A stretch of DNA of 50,036 nt from Candidatus Binatia bacterium (GTDB lineage Bacteria > Desulfobacterota > Binatia > UBA9968), in assembly GCA_040877705.1 (NCBI GenBank), contig JBBDNJ010000342.1, positions 1 through 50,036 on the forward strand. The letters run 5' to 3'. Positions 28,413 through 38,053 of this stretch are shown piece by piece (the first letter of the stretch is position 1; each line of letters begins with the position of its first letter). The notes beneath the pieces are model-generated. The model saw only the letters and a program-made list of their open reading frames with translations. It was not told the DNA's origin and ran no database searches. Both the position numbers and the translations under genes were made by a program.

Positions 28413-28520
28413 CTGTGAGGGTCAATGAACCGTGCCTTACTAACCTTCATTGATCGTGACATGTATGCTAATTCTCTTCCCAATGAGGCAGATCGCCGAT
28501 CAGTCGATCTGATCAAGTGT

Positions 28521-30536
28521 ATGACAAGAATATCCCCAGACCACGCTGAGAAAGAAATTCTTGATCTGCGGCAGCAGCTCGACAAACACAATTATCGCTA
28601 CCATGTTTTGGATGACCCATTGATCAGCGATGCGGAGTACGATCGGCTGTTTGGGCGCTTGAACGAGCTCGAACGGGCACATCCCGAATTCGCGTCGGCC
28701 GATTCACCGACGCAAAAAGTCGGCGCCGCCCCTTTAGCCAGGTTCAAGACCGTCCAACACTCGCTGCCCATGTTATCGCTCAGCAATGCCAACGAGCAAA
28801 AAGAATTGGCAGAGTTCGAGGAAAGAATACAACGTTTTTTAAAGCACACCGAACCCATCGAATATTCGGTGGAACCCAAAATCGATGGCGTGGCGGTTGA
28901 GCTCGTATACATTGACGGTCGCTTCACTGTCGGCTCGACCCGCGGCGACGGTATCAAAGGCGAGGACATTACGCTCAACCTCAAAACGATTCGGTCCATT
29001 CCGCTGCAACTTCGCTCTGGAGCGCGCGAGCTGCCGCAGCGGCTAGAAGTCCGCGGTGAGGTTTTTCTTTCACGTGAGGCATTCCAACGGATGAATCGCG
29101 AACGCGAGGAAGAGGGACAATCGGTTTTCGCCAACCCGCGCAATGCCGCCGCCGGGTCGTTGAAACAGTTGGATTCTGCGATCACGGCAAAACGACCCTT
29201 GGATATTTTTTGCCACGGCGCAGGAACTGTCGTAGGAGCGAGCTTGAGGAGCCATGCTGAATTCCGCGACGCGATCAGGGACTGGGGCTTAAAGCCCGTG
29301 CCTCTGGCGCGCCAGTGCCGCGGCATCGAGGAAATTCTCAGCTACCGCGACGAGATGGAGATCCGGCGCGACGAACTTCCTTACGAGATCGACGGGCTGG
29401 TGATCAAGATCAACGATAACGAACTGCAACGCCGGCTCGGCGAAATCGCCCGCTCGCCGCGCTGGGCTATCGCCTATAAGTTCAAAGCGCGCCAGGCCAC
29501 AACGCGCATTCTCGACATTCAACCCCAGGTCGGTCGCACCGGCACTTTGACCCCGGTCGCCACTCTCGAAGCGGTCCGTATCGGCGGCGTCGTCGTCAAA
29601 AGCGCGTCCTTGCATAACATGGATGAAATCGCCCGCAAGGATATTCGCATCGGCGACACGGTGATCGTCGAACGGGCAGGCGATGTCATCCCCTATGTCG
29701 TCAAAGTTCAGGAGGAGAAAAGAACCGGCGCAGAGAAACATTTTCACATGCCGGATCGCTGCCCGGTCTGCGGCACGGCGGTTTACCGGGAAGAAGGCGA
29801 GGCAGCGTACCGCTGCGCCGGCATGTCCTGTCCGGCAAGGCTCAAAGAGAGCGTCAAATTTTTCGGTTCACGAAACGCCATGGACATCGAAGGGTTGGGC
29901 GACAAGCTCGTCGATCAACTCGTCGAACGGGGATGGGTCAAGAACCTCGCCGATCTCTACGGCCTCACACAGGATCAACTAGCAAGTCTGGAACGAATGG
30001 CCAAGAAATCGGCACAAAACCTGCTCGATGCTTTGCAGCGCAGCAAGGATTCAACCCTGCCTCGCTTTTTGACCGCTCTGGGGATGCGGCACGTCGGCGA
30101 GGCGACCGCTAAGCTCTTAACCGAGCATTTCGGCGACTTGAAAACGATCATGGTGGCCACAGAGGAAAAGCTGATCGAGGTCCGGGAGATCGGTCCCGAG
30201 GTCGCCAAAAGTATCGCACGCTTCTTTGGCCAGGATGAAAACCGACGTGTAATCTCAAAGCTTCTACAAGCAGGAATTCGCTTTAGAAGCGAGGCAAAAA
30301 AGGCGGGTGTTCTCGCCGGAGAGACCTTCGTTCTTACCGGCGGGCTCGACACCCTGTCGAGGGTTGAAGCACAGCGTCGGATCGAAGCGTTGGGAGGACG
30401 GGTGAGCGGCGCTGTGAGCCGCAATACCGGCTATCTCGTTGCCGGCTCGGATCCGGGATCGAAACTGAAGAAGGCAAGGGAGCTGGGGATCCGGATCCTG
30501 GATGAGCAAGAATTATTAAAACTGCTGGCGACTTGA
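28521..30536 (+). CDS. ligA: NAD-dependent DNA ligase
   Basis: EPKIDG active site, [25 protein letters not shown] Zn finger, BRCT tail. Start uncertain between 28425 and 28521. Confidence 0.98.
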   Translation: MTRISPDHAEKEILDLRQQLDKHNYRYHVLDDPLISDAEYDRLFGRLNELERAHPEFASADSPTQKVGAAPLARFKTVQHSLPMLSLSNANEQKELAEFEERIQRFLKHTEPIEYSVEPKIDGVAVELVYIDGRFTVGSTRGDGIKGEDITLNLKTIRSIPLQLRSGARELPQRLEVRGEVFLSREAFQRMNREREEEGQSVFANPRNAAAGSLKQLDSAITAKRPLDIFCHGAGTVVGASLRSHAEFRDAIRDWGLKPVPLARQCRGIEEILSYRDEMEIRRDELPYEIDGLVIKINDNELQRRLGEIARSPRWAIAYKFKARQATTRILDIQPQVGRTGTLTPVATLEAVRIGGVVVKSASLHNMDEIARKDIRIGDTVIVERAGDVIPYVVKVQEEKRTGAEKHFHMPDRCPVCGTAVYREEGEAAYRCAGMSCPARLKESVKFFGSRNAMDIEGLGDKLVDQLVERGWVKNLADLYGLTQDQLASLERMAKKSAQNLLDALQRSKDSTLPRFLTALGMRHVGEATAKLLTEHFGDLKTIMVATEEKLIEVREIGPEVAKSIARFFGQDENRRVISKLLQAGIRFRSEAKKAGVLAGETFVLTGGLDTLSRVEAQRRIEALGGRVSGAVSRNTGYLVAGSDPGSKLKKARELGIRILDEQELLKLLAT

Positions 30537-30845
30537 TCAGTAACGATCTCGCGGTGGCCTGCCGCCTCCGCCACTGCCGGATCGAAACTCTCGGGGGGCC
30601 TGTGGACGGGCCTCGCTGACCACGACGTTTCGACCTTCGAAATCGGTTCCGTTCAAAGCATTGATCGCGCGCTCGGCTTCGGCATCGGAACTCATCTCGA
30701 TAAAACCGAAACCTTTGGAGCGGCCGGTGAATTTATCGGTGACGATCCGGGCGCTGACCACCGAGCCGTGCTGCCCGAAATGCTGCTGCAGTCTTTCTTC
30801 CGTGACAGAGTACGGAAGATTACCCACATATAATTTCGCTCCCAT
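30537..30845 (-). CDS. RRM (RNP-1) RNA-binding protein with Gly/Arg tail
   Basis: KLYVGNL, RSKGFGFIEM, RBS AAGGAGG. Confidence 0.96.
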   Translation of the reverse strand: MGAKLYVGNLPYSVTEERLQQHFGQHGSVVSARIVTDKFTGRSKGFGFIEMSSDAEAERAINALNGTDFEGRNVVVSEARPQAPREFRSGSGGGGRPPRDRY

Positions 30846-30977
30846 TCGGCCCTCCTTGTTGGATCAACGAATGCTCACATGGCGATCGAGTAGCCAAGGG
30901 CAGCGCCTGATCGGTCTCGCTAGCGACCGTTCTTTTGCCTTGGGCTCTTGGTGACCCTGACGATGCGAACGGGCGCA

Positions 30978-31007
30978 AGCCTATCGAAAGTGCGGGGCTC
31001 TTGTCAA
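30978..31007 (-). promoter_or_regulatory. Candidate sigma70 promoter for the RRM gene
   Basis: TTGACA-18nt-TAGGCT. Confidence 0.5.
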
Positions 31008-31080
31008 ATATTTAAAGCGATCATGAACCGAGGTCCGGCGCTTGCGGCATGACGATCGCTGCGTTAGATAATCGACAGCC

Positions 31081-31371
31081 ATGGAAACCGTGCCCGTCAA
31101 TGCTCGCGTCCACTTAATCATCAGCGGCAGAGTACAAGGAGTCTATTTTCGCGCGTCGACGGTTCAGCAGGCCCGGCAGTTGCACGTAACCGGATGGGTG
31201 ATGAATTGCGGCGATGGTTCGGTCGAGATCGTCGCCGAAGGACCGACAGAAAAGCTTGACGAGCTCATCGCCTGGTGTCGCCGGGGACCGCCAGGAGCGC
31301 GGGTGATGAATGTGGCGGTCATCTGGGCAGATGCCGAAAACGATTTTCATAGTTTCAGTATCAAGCGGTGA
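31081..31371 (+). CDS. acyP: Acylphosphatase
   Basis: ISGRVQGVYFR, GWVMN..DGSVEIVAEG, GPPGARV. Confidence 0.96.
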   Translation: METVPVNARVHLIISGRVQGVYFRASTVQQARQLHVTGWVMNCGDGSVEIVAEGPTEKLDELIAWCRRGPPGARVMNVAVIWADAENDFHSFSIKR

Positions 31372-31424
31372 TCACGTCGAGGCGGAAGAACTTAGCATAG
31401 CAGATTGCTGAGTGGAAAGATGAC

Positions 31425-31461
31425 GACTGGTGAAAGGCATGGCTATCGCCTCTCACCAGTC
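31425..31461. terminator. Strong stem-loop between convergent acyP and the small peptide gene
   Basis: GACTGGTGAAAGGC-9nt-GCCTCTCACCAGTC, a 14-bp stem with one mismatch (G-U wobble on the minus strand). No long U tract. Confidence 0.55.
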
Positions 31462-31489
31462 AAGAACCTTCATTCGATAAGGTTTCGAA

Positions 31490-31636
31490 CTAATCGCTAT
31501 CAGGCTTCTCCGGCTTGGGCTCCGGCTTGGGCTCCGGCTCCTCCTGCGCGTAACTCATAGGCACCGCCAAATTAATGATCGAGCCGATCACGTTCAGGCC
31601 AAACACGATTGCTAACGCAAGCGCTAATTTCTGCAT
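31490..31636 (-). CDS. 48-aa secreted small protein (signal peptide plus 18-aa Pro/Glu/Lys-rich mature peptide)
   Basis: MQKLALALAIVFGLNVIGSIINLAVPMSYA|QEEPEPKPEPKPEKPDSD*. RBS AGGAGGT and sigma54 promoter upstream. Below the ORF-track cutoff. Confidence 0.85.
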   Translation of the reverse strand: MQKLALALAIVFGLNVIGSIINLAVPMSYAQEEPEPKPEPKPEKPDSD

Positions 31637-31688
31637 GTTTTCCACCTCCTTTCCAGCTGATGTTTTAATGGTTGTTCTGCGAGGATGC

Positions 31689-31703
31689 GCAAACGACGTG
31701 CCA
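31689..31703 (-). promoter_or_regulatory. Sigma54 (-24/-12) promoter
   Basis: TGGCACGTCGTTTGC matches TGGCACG-N4-TTGC, about 50 nt upstream of the peptide start codon. Confidence 0.88.
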
Positions 31704-31765
31704 GTGGTTCTGTAGGTAGATCAGCACGCAGGATAAAACTTTTTCGGTGTCACTGTTATTTTTAT

Positions 31766-31884
31766 TGTTGCAAGACGAAACACGCGAAGGATTGTGCGCT
31801 GTGGCGACAAGATCTAAGCATTCAGCTCTTATGATGATTCTATCTTGTGTTGTAAAAGCCTACATGCCGCGGTAAATTGCAACG
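31766..31884. promoter_or_regulatory. Candidate enhancer (bEBP) binding sites
   Basis: 17-bp TGTTGCAAGACGAAACA (31766-31782), TGTTGTAAAAGCCTACA (31848-31864) and reverse CGTTGCAATTTACCGCG (31868-31884), a TGT-N11-ACA type motif. Confidence 0.5.
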
Positions 31885-32003
31885 GCTTCGGACGGCGCTC
31901 ATCTCATGTTCACCTTCGAGGTAATCTTATTTGTTGGCCTTTTGCGGTCGTCCCACCAACACAGAACCGGTATGCTACTTGCTGATGCCTAGACGGCACA
32001 GTT

Positions 32004-33542
32004 ATGAAGCTAGGAACGAAACTCATTTTCGCCCTCGTGGTGACGGTGATACTCACTATGATCATTCACGGTCACTTGAGCATCCAACAAGACCAAGAAA
32101 ACGCAATGAGGGAAATCCGTGTTGGGATGAGGGGCTTTACTCGCGCTATCCAGAATTCCCTGAGGCACTTCTACGCCGATCGCCAGGATCTAAATTCGGC
32201 TCAGAACTTTCTCGATGCCATCGCTCCCAGAGGTAATATTCACGGCGTCATTGTTTATGATCTGAACGGTAAACTCGTCGCTCGCTCGGCTTCATTGACT
32301 TATCCCGACGACTTTCCGGCGCTTGACCCGACACCGATTTTCAAGCTCGATCCAGCGCCCACCCTCCGCTACGGCGAGGGCACAGAGGGTTATATTCGTG
32401 ATGACAAGACTCTGATTTATTATCGCATCGAGCCCATCTTCGACTCGCAGGGCAAAAACGTGGGAGCATTCGTCCTCGCGCGCCATGGAGCCGGGCTGAG
32501 GTTAAGCATGGAGGAAAGACGCGACCGGATCCTTGCGACGGCCTCGGCGCTCATGGCGCTTCTTTCCTTTTTGATATTTATAACGGTACGGCGCAACATC
32601 ACCCGCCCGATTAAACAACTGATCGAACGCATTCGGGAGATCGGCAAGGGGCGATGGGATCAGCGCATTGAAACAAACGGCCGCGACGAGATTGCCTCAC
32701 TCGCTGGAGAATTTAATCTCATGTGCGAGAAGCTGCAGGAGAGTCACGTCCGGCTGATGAAGGAGCAACAAGCGAAGCTTACGTTGGAACAAGACTTGCG
32801 CCATTCTGAGCGCTTGGCCTCGGTCGGACGGCTGGCCGCCGGAATAGCGCACGAGATCGGCACGCCTCTAAACATCATAGGAGGCCGGGCTGAATACCTG
32901 CTGCGTCGGCCAAGAAGCCCGGAAGAGTTCAAAGACAACCTGGGTGTCATCCGATCCCAAAGCGACCGCATTACCGCTATCGTTAGACAATTGCTCGAGT
33001 TCTCGCGGCGCCGGCAGCCCGTTTATCGGGCGGTCGACCTGTCCGCGCTGATCATGAATGTGAAGCGTCTGTTGGCGCCTCAGATTGAGGAGAAGTCAAT
33101 TCGGGTCGAGATGGATTCCCCCGATTCGCTACCGAGGCTTCAAGCCGATCCCGATTTGCTCCAACAGGTTTTTTTCAATCTCTTCTCCAACGCGTTTCAC
33201 GCCTTAACTCCTGGTGGCTCGATAAAAATTCACCTCGAGCCCATTCGCGACCGTCGTCGAGGCGCCCGCGAAAACGTCGAACCGCGATGGCTGCGCATCT
33301 GCTTCGAAGACAATGGTGCCGGGATTGCCGCGGACCATCTTGGCCGCATATTCGACCCCTTTTTCACCACTAAAGATGTCGGTGAAGGCAGCGGCTTAGG
33401 TCTATCCGTAGCTTATGGCATCATCGAGGACCATGGCGGTGAAATTCGGGTGGAAAGCGAGCCGGCCAAGTTTACTCGGTTTATCATCGAACTGCCGACG
33501 ACCCATCTGCAAGTGAATAGTGATGAGGAAAAAGTAGCGTGA
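32004..33542 (+). CDS. HAMP-domain sensor histidine kinase with extracytoplasmic sensor domain
   Basis: Two TM helices, HAMP, H-box AGIAHEIGTPL, N/G boxes EDNGAGI, FDPFFTTK, GSGLGL. Confidence 0.96.
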   Translation: MKLGTKLIFALVVTVILTMIIHGHLSIQQDQENAMREIRVGMRGFTRAIQNSLRHFYADRQDLNSAQNFLDAIAPRGNIHGVIVYDLNGKLVARSASLTYPDDFPALDPTPIFKLDPAPTLRYGEGTEGYIRDDKTLIYYRIEPIFDSQGKNVGAFVLARHGAGLRLSMEERRDRILATASALMALLSFLIFITVRRNITRPIKQLIERIREIGKGRWDQRIETNGRDEIASLAGEFNLMCEKLQESHVRLMKEQQAKLTLEQDLRHSERLASVGRLAAGIAHEIGTPLNIIGGRAEYLLRRPRSPEEFKDNLGVIRSQSDRITAIVRQLLEFSRRRQPVYRAVDLSALIMNVKRLLAPQIEEKSIRVEMDSPDSLPRLQADPDLLQQVFFNLFSNAFHALTPGGSIKIHLEPIRDRRRGARENVEPRWLRICFEDNGAGIAADHLGRIFDPFFTTKDVGEGSGLGLSVAYGIIEDHGGEIRVESEPAKFTRFIIELPTTHLQVNSDEEKVA

Positions 33543-34930
33543 AGGATTCAGCGCGCAGGGACCCCGTTGCCGGGAAAGCTCGCATTCTCGTCGTCGAAGA
33601 TGATCGGGAGATGTCCCGATTTTTGACCCAGCTTCTGAGCGAAGAAGGTTATGAGGTCGAAGTCGTGAACGACGGACCATCGGCCCTGGAAGCCTATCAA
33701 GGGGGATCTTTTGACCTGATTATCAGCGATCTCATGATGCCCCGAATGAAGGGGACCGAGCTGGTCCGCCGGCTCAAGGCTACCCACCCGGATGCGCTGG
33801 TGCTGCTGATTACCGCTTTTGGGACGATAGAAAGCGCCGTGGAGGCGATTCACGCCGGAGCGTTTCACTATCTCACCAAGCCGTTTCGGACCGATGAGTT
33901 GTTGATTCACGTTCAGCGATCCCTCGAACAGCATCAGCTTAAACAGGAACTCGTAAAGCTGCGCGAGGAGATGCGCAACCGCTATCAGTTTCAGAACATC
34001 GTCGGCCGCAGCGAAAACATGAAGAAGATTTTCGACACCGTTGCCCACATCAGCGATCTTCCCGCCAATGTACTTATCCTGGGCGAAAGCGGCACCGGCA
34101 AGGAAATGATCGCGCGCGCGATCCATCGCCATAGCGCGCGGGCGGAAGGCCCGTTTGTGCCGCTGAACTGCGCGGCCATTCCGGAAACACTGCTTGAAAG
34201 CGAGCTTTTCGGTTACTTGCGCGGCGCCTTCACGGATGCGCGCAAAGACCGGCTTGGACTGTTCCAGGAAGCCAGCGGCGGCATTCTTTTTCTTGATGAA
34301 ATTAGTGAGATTCCTCTCAATCTGCAGGCCAAGCTGTTGCGCGTCATCGAAGACAAGGAAGTGAGGCCCTTGGGAGCGAATCAATCAGAAAGAGTCGACA
34401 CACGGGTGGTGTCGGCGTGCAACCGCGATCTGGAACATTTAGTCGAGGAAGGCCGTTTCCGGCAGGACCTCTACTATCGTCTTAACGTCATCCGCGTCGA
34501 ATTGCCGTCGCTGCGCGAAAGACCGGAAGATATCCCGCTTCTGTCCGAGCACTTCTTGCGAAAATTCGCGCCCCAAACCAAACGAAAGCTGGACGGGATC
34601 GATCAGGATGCGATGGCCGCTCTCATGAGCTATCGATGGCCGGGCAATGTCCGGGAATTGGAGCACACGATAGAGCGAGCCGTGTTGCTCGGCAAAGAAT
34701 CAACCATTGGGTTAAACGATCTGCCGCCTCAGCTTGCGACAGCCGGCGAAAACACCTTGCCGCTCGTGGCAGCGGTTGGGCGCGCATATACCTTACGGGA
34801 TCTTGAAAGAGAATATATCCTGCGGGTGATCGAAAACACCCATGGGAATAAAACTGAAGCCGCCAAGATTCTCGGCGTCGACCGGACGACCCTTTACCGT
34901 AAGCTGGACGAGTATAAAGTCAAAGCTTAG
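33539..34930 (+). CDS. Sigma54-dependent NtrC/AtoC/ZraR-family response regulator
   Basis: REC domain (SDLMMP), GESGTGKE, GAFTDA, WPGNVRELE, Fis-type HTH. Confidence 0.97.
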   Translation: MKDSARRDPVAGKARILVVEDDREMSRFLTQLLSEEGYEVEVVNDGPSALEAYQGGSFDLIISDLMMPRMKGTELVRRLKATHPDALVLLITAFGTIESAVEAIHAGAFHYLTKPFRTDELLIHVQRSLEQHQLKQELVKLREEMRNRYQFQNIVGRSENMKKIFDTVAHISDLPANVLILGESGTGKEMIARAIHRHSARAEGPFVPLNCAAIPETLLESELFGYLRGAFTDARKDRLGLFQEASGGILFLDEISEIPLNLQAKLLRVIEDKEVRPLGANQSERVDTRVVSACNRDLEHLVEEGRFRQDLYYRLNVIRVELPSLRERPEDIPLLSEHFLRKFAPQTKRKLDGIDQDAMAALMSYRWPGNVRELEHTIERAVLLGKESTIGLNDLPPQLATAGENTLPLVAAVGRAYTLRDLEREYILRVIENTHGNKTEAAKILGVDRTTLYRKLDEYKVKA

Positions 34931-35774
34931 TTTTCTCGCTTTGCTGGAGAGCCAGGCGATAGATCTCTTTTTTGGAGTAGCCGTACTTCTCGCCCAACAC
35001 TTCAGCCATTTCTTTTATCCGCATCCCGTCGCGTTGGAGCTTGCCGATCTCGTCGCGCAGCGCGACCTCGGAAATGGCATTTTCATCGGACGATCCTTCA
35101 AGGATGAGAGTGACTTCCCCACGGATATTTCGCTCGGCGATTTGACCAATCACCTCGCTAATCCGGGCTCGGAGAAATTCCTCGTGAATTTTTGTCACTT
35201 CGCGCGCCAAGGCCATCCGGCGGTTGCCAAGAATGTTATAAATGTCGTCGAGGGATTCTTTCAGCCGATGCGGCGCTTCGTAAACGACGATGCTGCGACG
35301 CTCATTGCGAAGCTTTTGCAGCTTGGACCTTCGCTCTTGTTTCTTGGCTGGTAGAAATCCTCCGAAGACGAATTCATCGGTAGGGAGTCCGCTGGCGCTG
35401 AGAACAGCGGTTACAGCACAAGGTCCCGGCACGGGAACCACGTGAATTCCCGCGCGCGTCGCCTCCACGACTAGACGATAACCTGGGTCGGCTATCGCCG
35501 GCGTCCCCGCATCCGACACCAGCGCGATACTTTCGCCGCTTTCGAGCCTGGCGACCAGTGGTTTTGCCTTGGTTCTCTCGTTGTGCTCGTGGTAGCTCGT
35601 CAGAGCCGTGCCAATCTCGAAATGATCTAGCAGAACTTGCGTGTGACGGGTGTCTTCGGCGGCAATGAGATCGACGTCTTTCAAAACCCGAATCGCCCGC
35701 AGTGTCATGTCTTCGAGATTACCGATCGGCGTGGCAACGATGTAGAGTATGCCGGGCAACGAACGGTCATTCAT
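34920..35774 (-). CDS. rsmI: 16S rRNA C1402 2'-O-methyltransferase
   Basis: LYIVATPIGNLEDMTLRA, AAEDTRHT, VSDAGTP.IADPG, YEAPHR, REVTKIHEE. Confidence 0.97.
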   Translation of the reverse strand: MNDRSLPGILYIVATPIGNLEDMTLRAIRVLKDVDLIAAEDTRHTQVLLDHFEIGTALTSYHEHNERTKAKPLVARLESGESIALVSDAGTPAIADPGYRLVVEATRAGIHVVPVPGPCAVTAVLSASGLPTDEFVFGGFLPAKKQERRSKLQKLRNERRSIVVYEAPHRLKESLDDIYNILGNRRMALAREVTKIHEEFLRARISEVIGQIAERNIRGEVTLILEGSSDENAISEVALRDEIGKLQRDGMRIKEMAEVLGEKYGYSKKEIYRLALQQSEKTKL

Positions 35775-35885
35775 GGCTTAAACAAGTAACACAGGGGCGA
35801 ACTTACTTGCAATTTCATGCGCCTTCGCTAAGGTGGAGAAATTACGTGGTTTTCATCGTAAAATTGATTGGACGGAGCGATTCAA

Positions 35886-36113
35886 ATGACGAGAGAAAGC
35901 GTGCTTATTTTTGGCCAGGATCTTTGACCCTATACCTCGGGAGCCCGTGAGGATTTCTCCCGTCGCAGAATTTCCTTCGAATATATCAATGTGCTTGAAG
36001 ATGAAGACGGCCTCGCGCGCATGCTGAAATATTCCAACGGCCGCCGCCAAATACCCGTCATCGTCGATGCCGGCAAAGTGACCATCGGTTTCGGCGGCAG
36101 CTGAGAAGTCTAA
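35886..36113 (+). CDS. Glutaredoxin-like selenoprotein (UXX-star type) with two in-frame UGA/Sec codons, 75 aa
   Basis: MTRESVLIFGQDL-U-PYTSGAREDF..EYINV..RMLKYSNGRRQIPVIVDAGKVTIGFGGS-U-EV*. TGA at 35925 and 36102, each followed by a hairpin. Confidence 0.88.
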
Positions 36114-36159
36114 GGGCCGGCGGCGCCGGCTTCAAGTAAACTGCAAGTAACGACGAGCA

Positions 36160-37239
36160 TTGAGCATGAACGTTGACGCGCAACTCATGGCCGATAAAAT
36201 TCGCGCTATCTTCGGCGCGAATACGGTGATTTCCTCTCTTACCGCTCTGGCCGGCGATGCCTCCAGTCGGCGCTATCATCGCGCCCGCATAGAAACGCCC
36301 GGCGCGCCGAAGTCGGTCATCATTATGGAGCTACCCGCCGGCAGCTCTCTGCCCTTATCCAGCGACGAGCTCGCCGTTTTCAAGGAAGTCCCTCAAGAAC
36401 TGCCTTTTCTCAACATGCACCGATTCCTGAGCAGGATCGGCGTTCGGGTCCCGAAGCTCTATGGTGACTGGGAGAGCCAGGGCATTCTCCTATTGGAGGA
36501 CCTGGGCGACACCGCCTTGTGGGACCGCGTGCAAGGCCTCGCGCAATCTGAAGTCGTCGGGTGGTATGAAAAAGCCATCGATGAACTTCTGGTTCTGCAA
36601 ATCCGCGGCACCCAGGCGCGCGACCAAGCCTGTATTGCCTTTCAGCAGCGCTTTGACTTGCGTCTTTATATGTGGGAGTTCGATCATTTTCTGGAATACG
36701 GATTGGAGGCGCGCCCGGACACGCGCATCGCAAAATCTGCGATCGAAGAGCTGAGAAGAATCTTTTTGGACATCGCACGACGCCTCGACCAATATCCCGC
36801 CTGTCTGAATCACCGGGATTATCACAGCTGGAACTTGATGATTCATGACAACACCGTGGCCGTCATCGACTTTCAAGATGCCCTGCTGGCGCCGCCGCAG
36901 TATGATCTCGCTTCGCTATTAAACGATCGAATTACCGACAGCGTCATCGAACCGCACCTGGAAGAGCGTCTTATCCGCTATTATTTGCGTCAACGAGCCG
37001 ACAGTGAGAAGCGCACGATCGATAAGGATGAGTTTTTCGAGATCTATTTGCTCTCGGCGATACAAAGAGACTTGAAGGTGGTCGGCAGGTTTTATTATCT
37101 CGACGTCGTCAAGGGCAAACCGGGCTATAAGAAATTCATCCCGCCGACGGTCCATCGCTTGAAAAGAAATATCGCGCGAGTACCGCAACTCGAACCTGTC
37201 ATTCCGATTCTCGCGGAGCATTATGAGGAAATGCGATGA
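36160..37239 (+). CDS. amgK: Anomeric MurNAc/GlcNAc kinase (APH-fold phosphotransferase)
   Basis: LAGDASSRRYHR, LLEDLGD, HRDYHSWNLM, IDFQDA, and coupled to a MurU-like gene. Confidence 0.85.
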   Translation: MSMNVDAQLMADKIRAIFGANTVISSLTALAGDASSRRYHRARIETPGAPKSVIIMELPAGSSLPLSSDELAVFKEVPQELPFLNMHRFLSRIGVRVPKLYGDWESQGILLLEDLGDTALWDRVQGLAQSEVVGWYEKAIDELLVLQIRGTQARDQACIAFQQRFDLRLYMWEFDHFLEYGLEARPDTRIAKSAIEELRRIFLDIARRLDQYPACLNHRDYHSWNLMIHDNTVAVIDFQDALLAPPQYDLASLLNDRITDSVIEPHLEERLIRYYLRQRADSEKRTIDKDEFFEIYLLSAIQRDLKVVGRFYYLDVVKGKPGYKKFIPPTVHRLKRNIARVPQLEPVIPILAEHYEEMR

Positions 37240-38003
37240 AGGGCATGGTGCTGGCCGCCGGGCAAGGAACACGCCTTCGCCCGATGACCGATAACCGTCC
37301 CAAAGCCCTGGTCACGGTGGCGGGCCGGCCGATGATCGAATACGCGCTGCTGCTGCTGCGACACCATGGCATCGTCGAGATCGTCATCAATCTGCATCAT
37401 TGGGGAGAGCAGATTGAGAAGCGGCTCGGCGACGGCAAACAACTCGGCTTAAAAATCAGCTACTCGATAGAACCTGAACTGTTGGATACCGGCGGCGGGC
37501 TGTTGAAGGCTAAGCCATTTTTCCGGGACGAAACCTTCATCGTCGTCAACACCGATGTCATGATCGATTTACAACTGGATCAGTTGTTAAAATTTCACAA
37601 AGAGAAGCAGGCCGCGGCAACGTTGGTTCTCCGGCCCGATGAACACGCCGATCAGTACGGCTCGATGGACACTGACGTAGAAGGACGGATCTGCCGTTTC
37701 CTCGATACCAGGATACCGGTGAAACACCCCGGCCCGACTCGAAAGTTAATGTTCACCGGAGTACAAGTTCTCGAGCCGAAAGTCTTCGACTATATGGAGT
37801 CAGGATCGACTCCTCACAAATTCAGCACCACCAGGCAAATCTATCCACGGATGCTCGCCGACCAGCAACCCTTGTACGGCTTCTGTTTTGAAGGATTTTG
37901 GCAGGACCTTGGAACGGTCGAGCGGATCAGACAAGCGGAGGACAGCCTAGCCCAAGGGAGGGCTAGCCTCCACTATCTCCAAAATCCCGGTCAACTTACA
38001 TGA
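37236..38003 (+). CDS. murU: MurNAc-alpha-1-phosphate uridylyltransferase-like nucleotidyltransferase
   Basis: MVLAAGQGTRLRPMT..RPKAL, E.ELLDTGGG, WQDLGT. ATGA overlap with amgK. Confidence 0.82.
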   Translation: MKGMVLAAGQGTRLRPMTDNRPKALVTVAGRPMIEYALLLLRHHGIVEIVINLHHWGEQIEKRLGDGKQLGLKISYSIEPELLDTGGGLLKAKPFFRDETFIVVNTDVMIDLQLDQLLKFHKEKQAAATLVLRPDEHADQYGSMDTDVEGRICRFLDTRIPVKHPGPTRKLMFTGVQVLEPKVFDYMESGSTPHKFSTTRQIYPRMLADQQPLYGFCFEGFWQDLGTVERIRQAEDSLAQGRASLHYLQNPGQLT

Positions 38004-38053
38004 TCGATAAACTGCGTCGATTGCGCCAGCAGATCCGCCAGCGCGCACCCTAT

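Noticed and set aside
33548-34384. 278-aa antisense ORF
   Set aside because: Shadow of the response regulator with no recognisable domain.
35853-36050. 65-aa minus-strand ORF
   Set aside because: Shadow of the plus-strand selenoprotein, which has the coherent glutaredoxin motifs.
36160-37239. Aminoglycoside resistance gene
   Set aside because: APH fold, but motifs and coupling to a MurU-like gene indicate AmgK.
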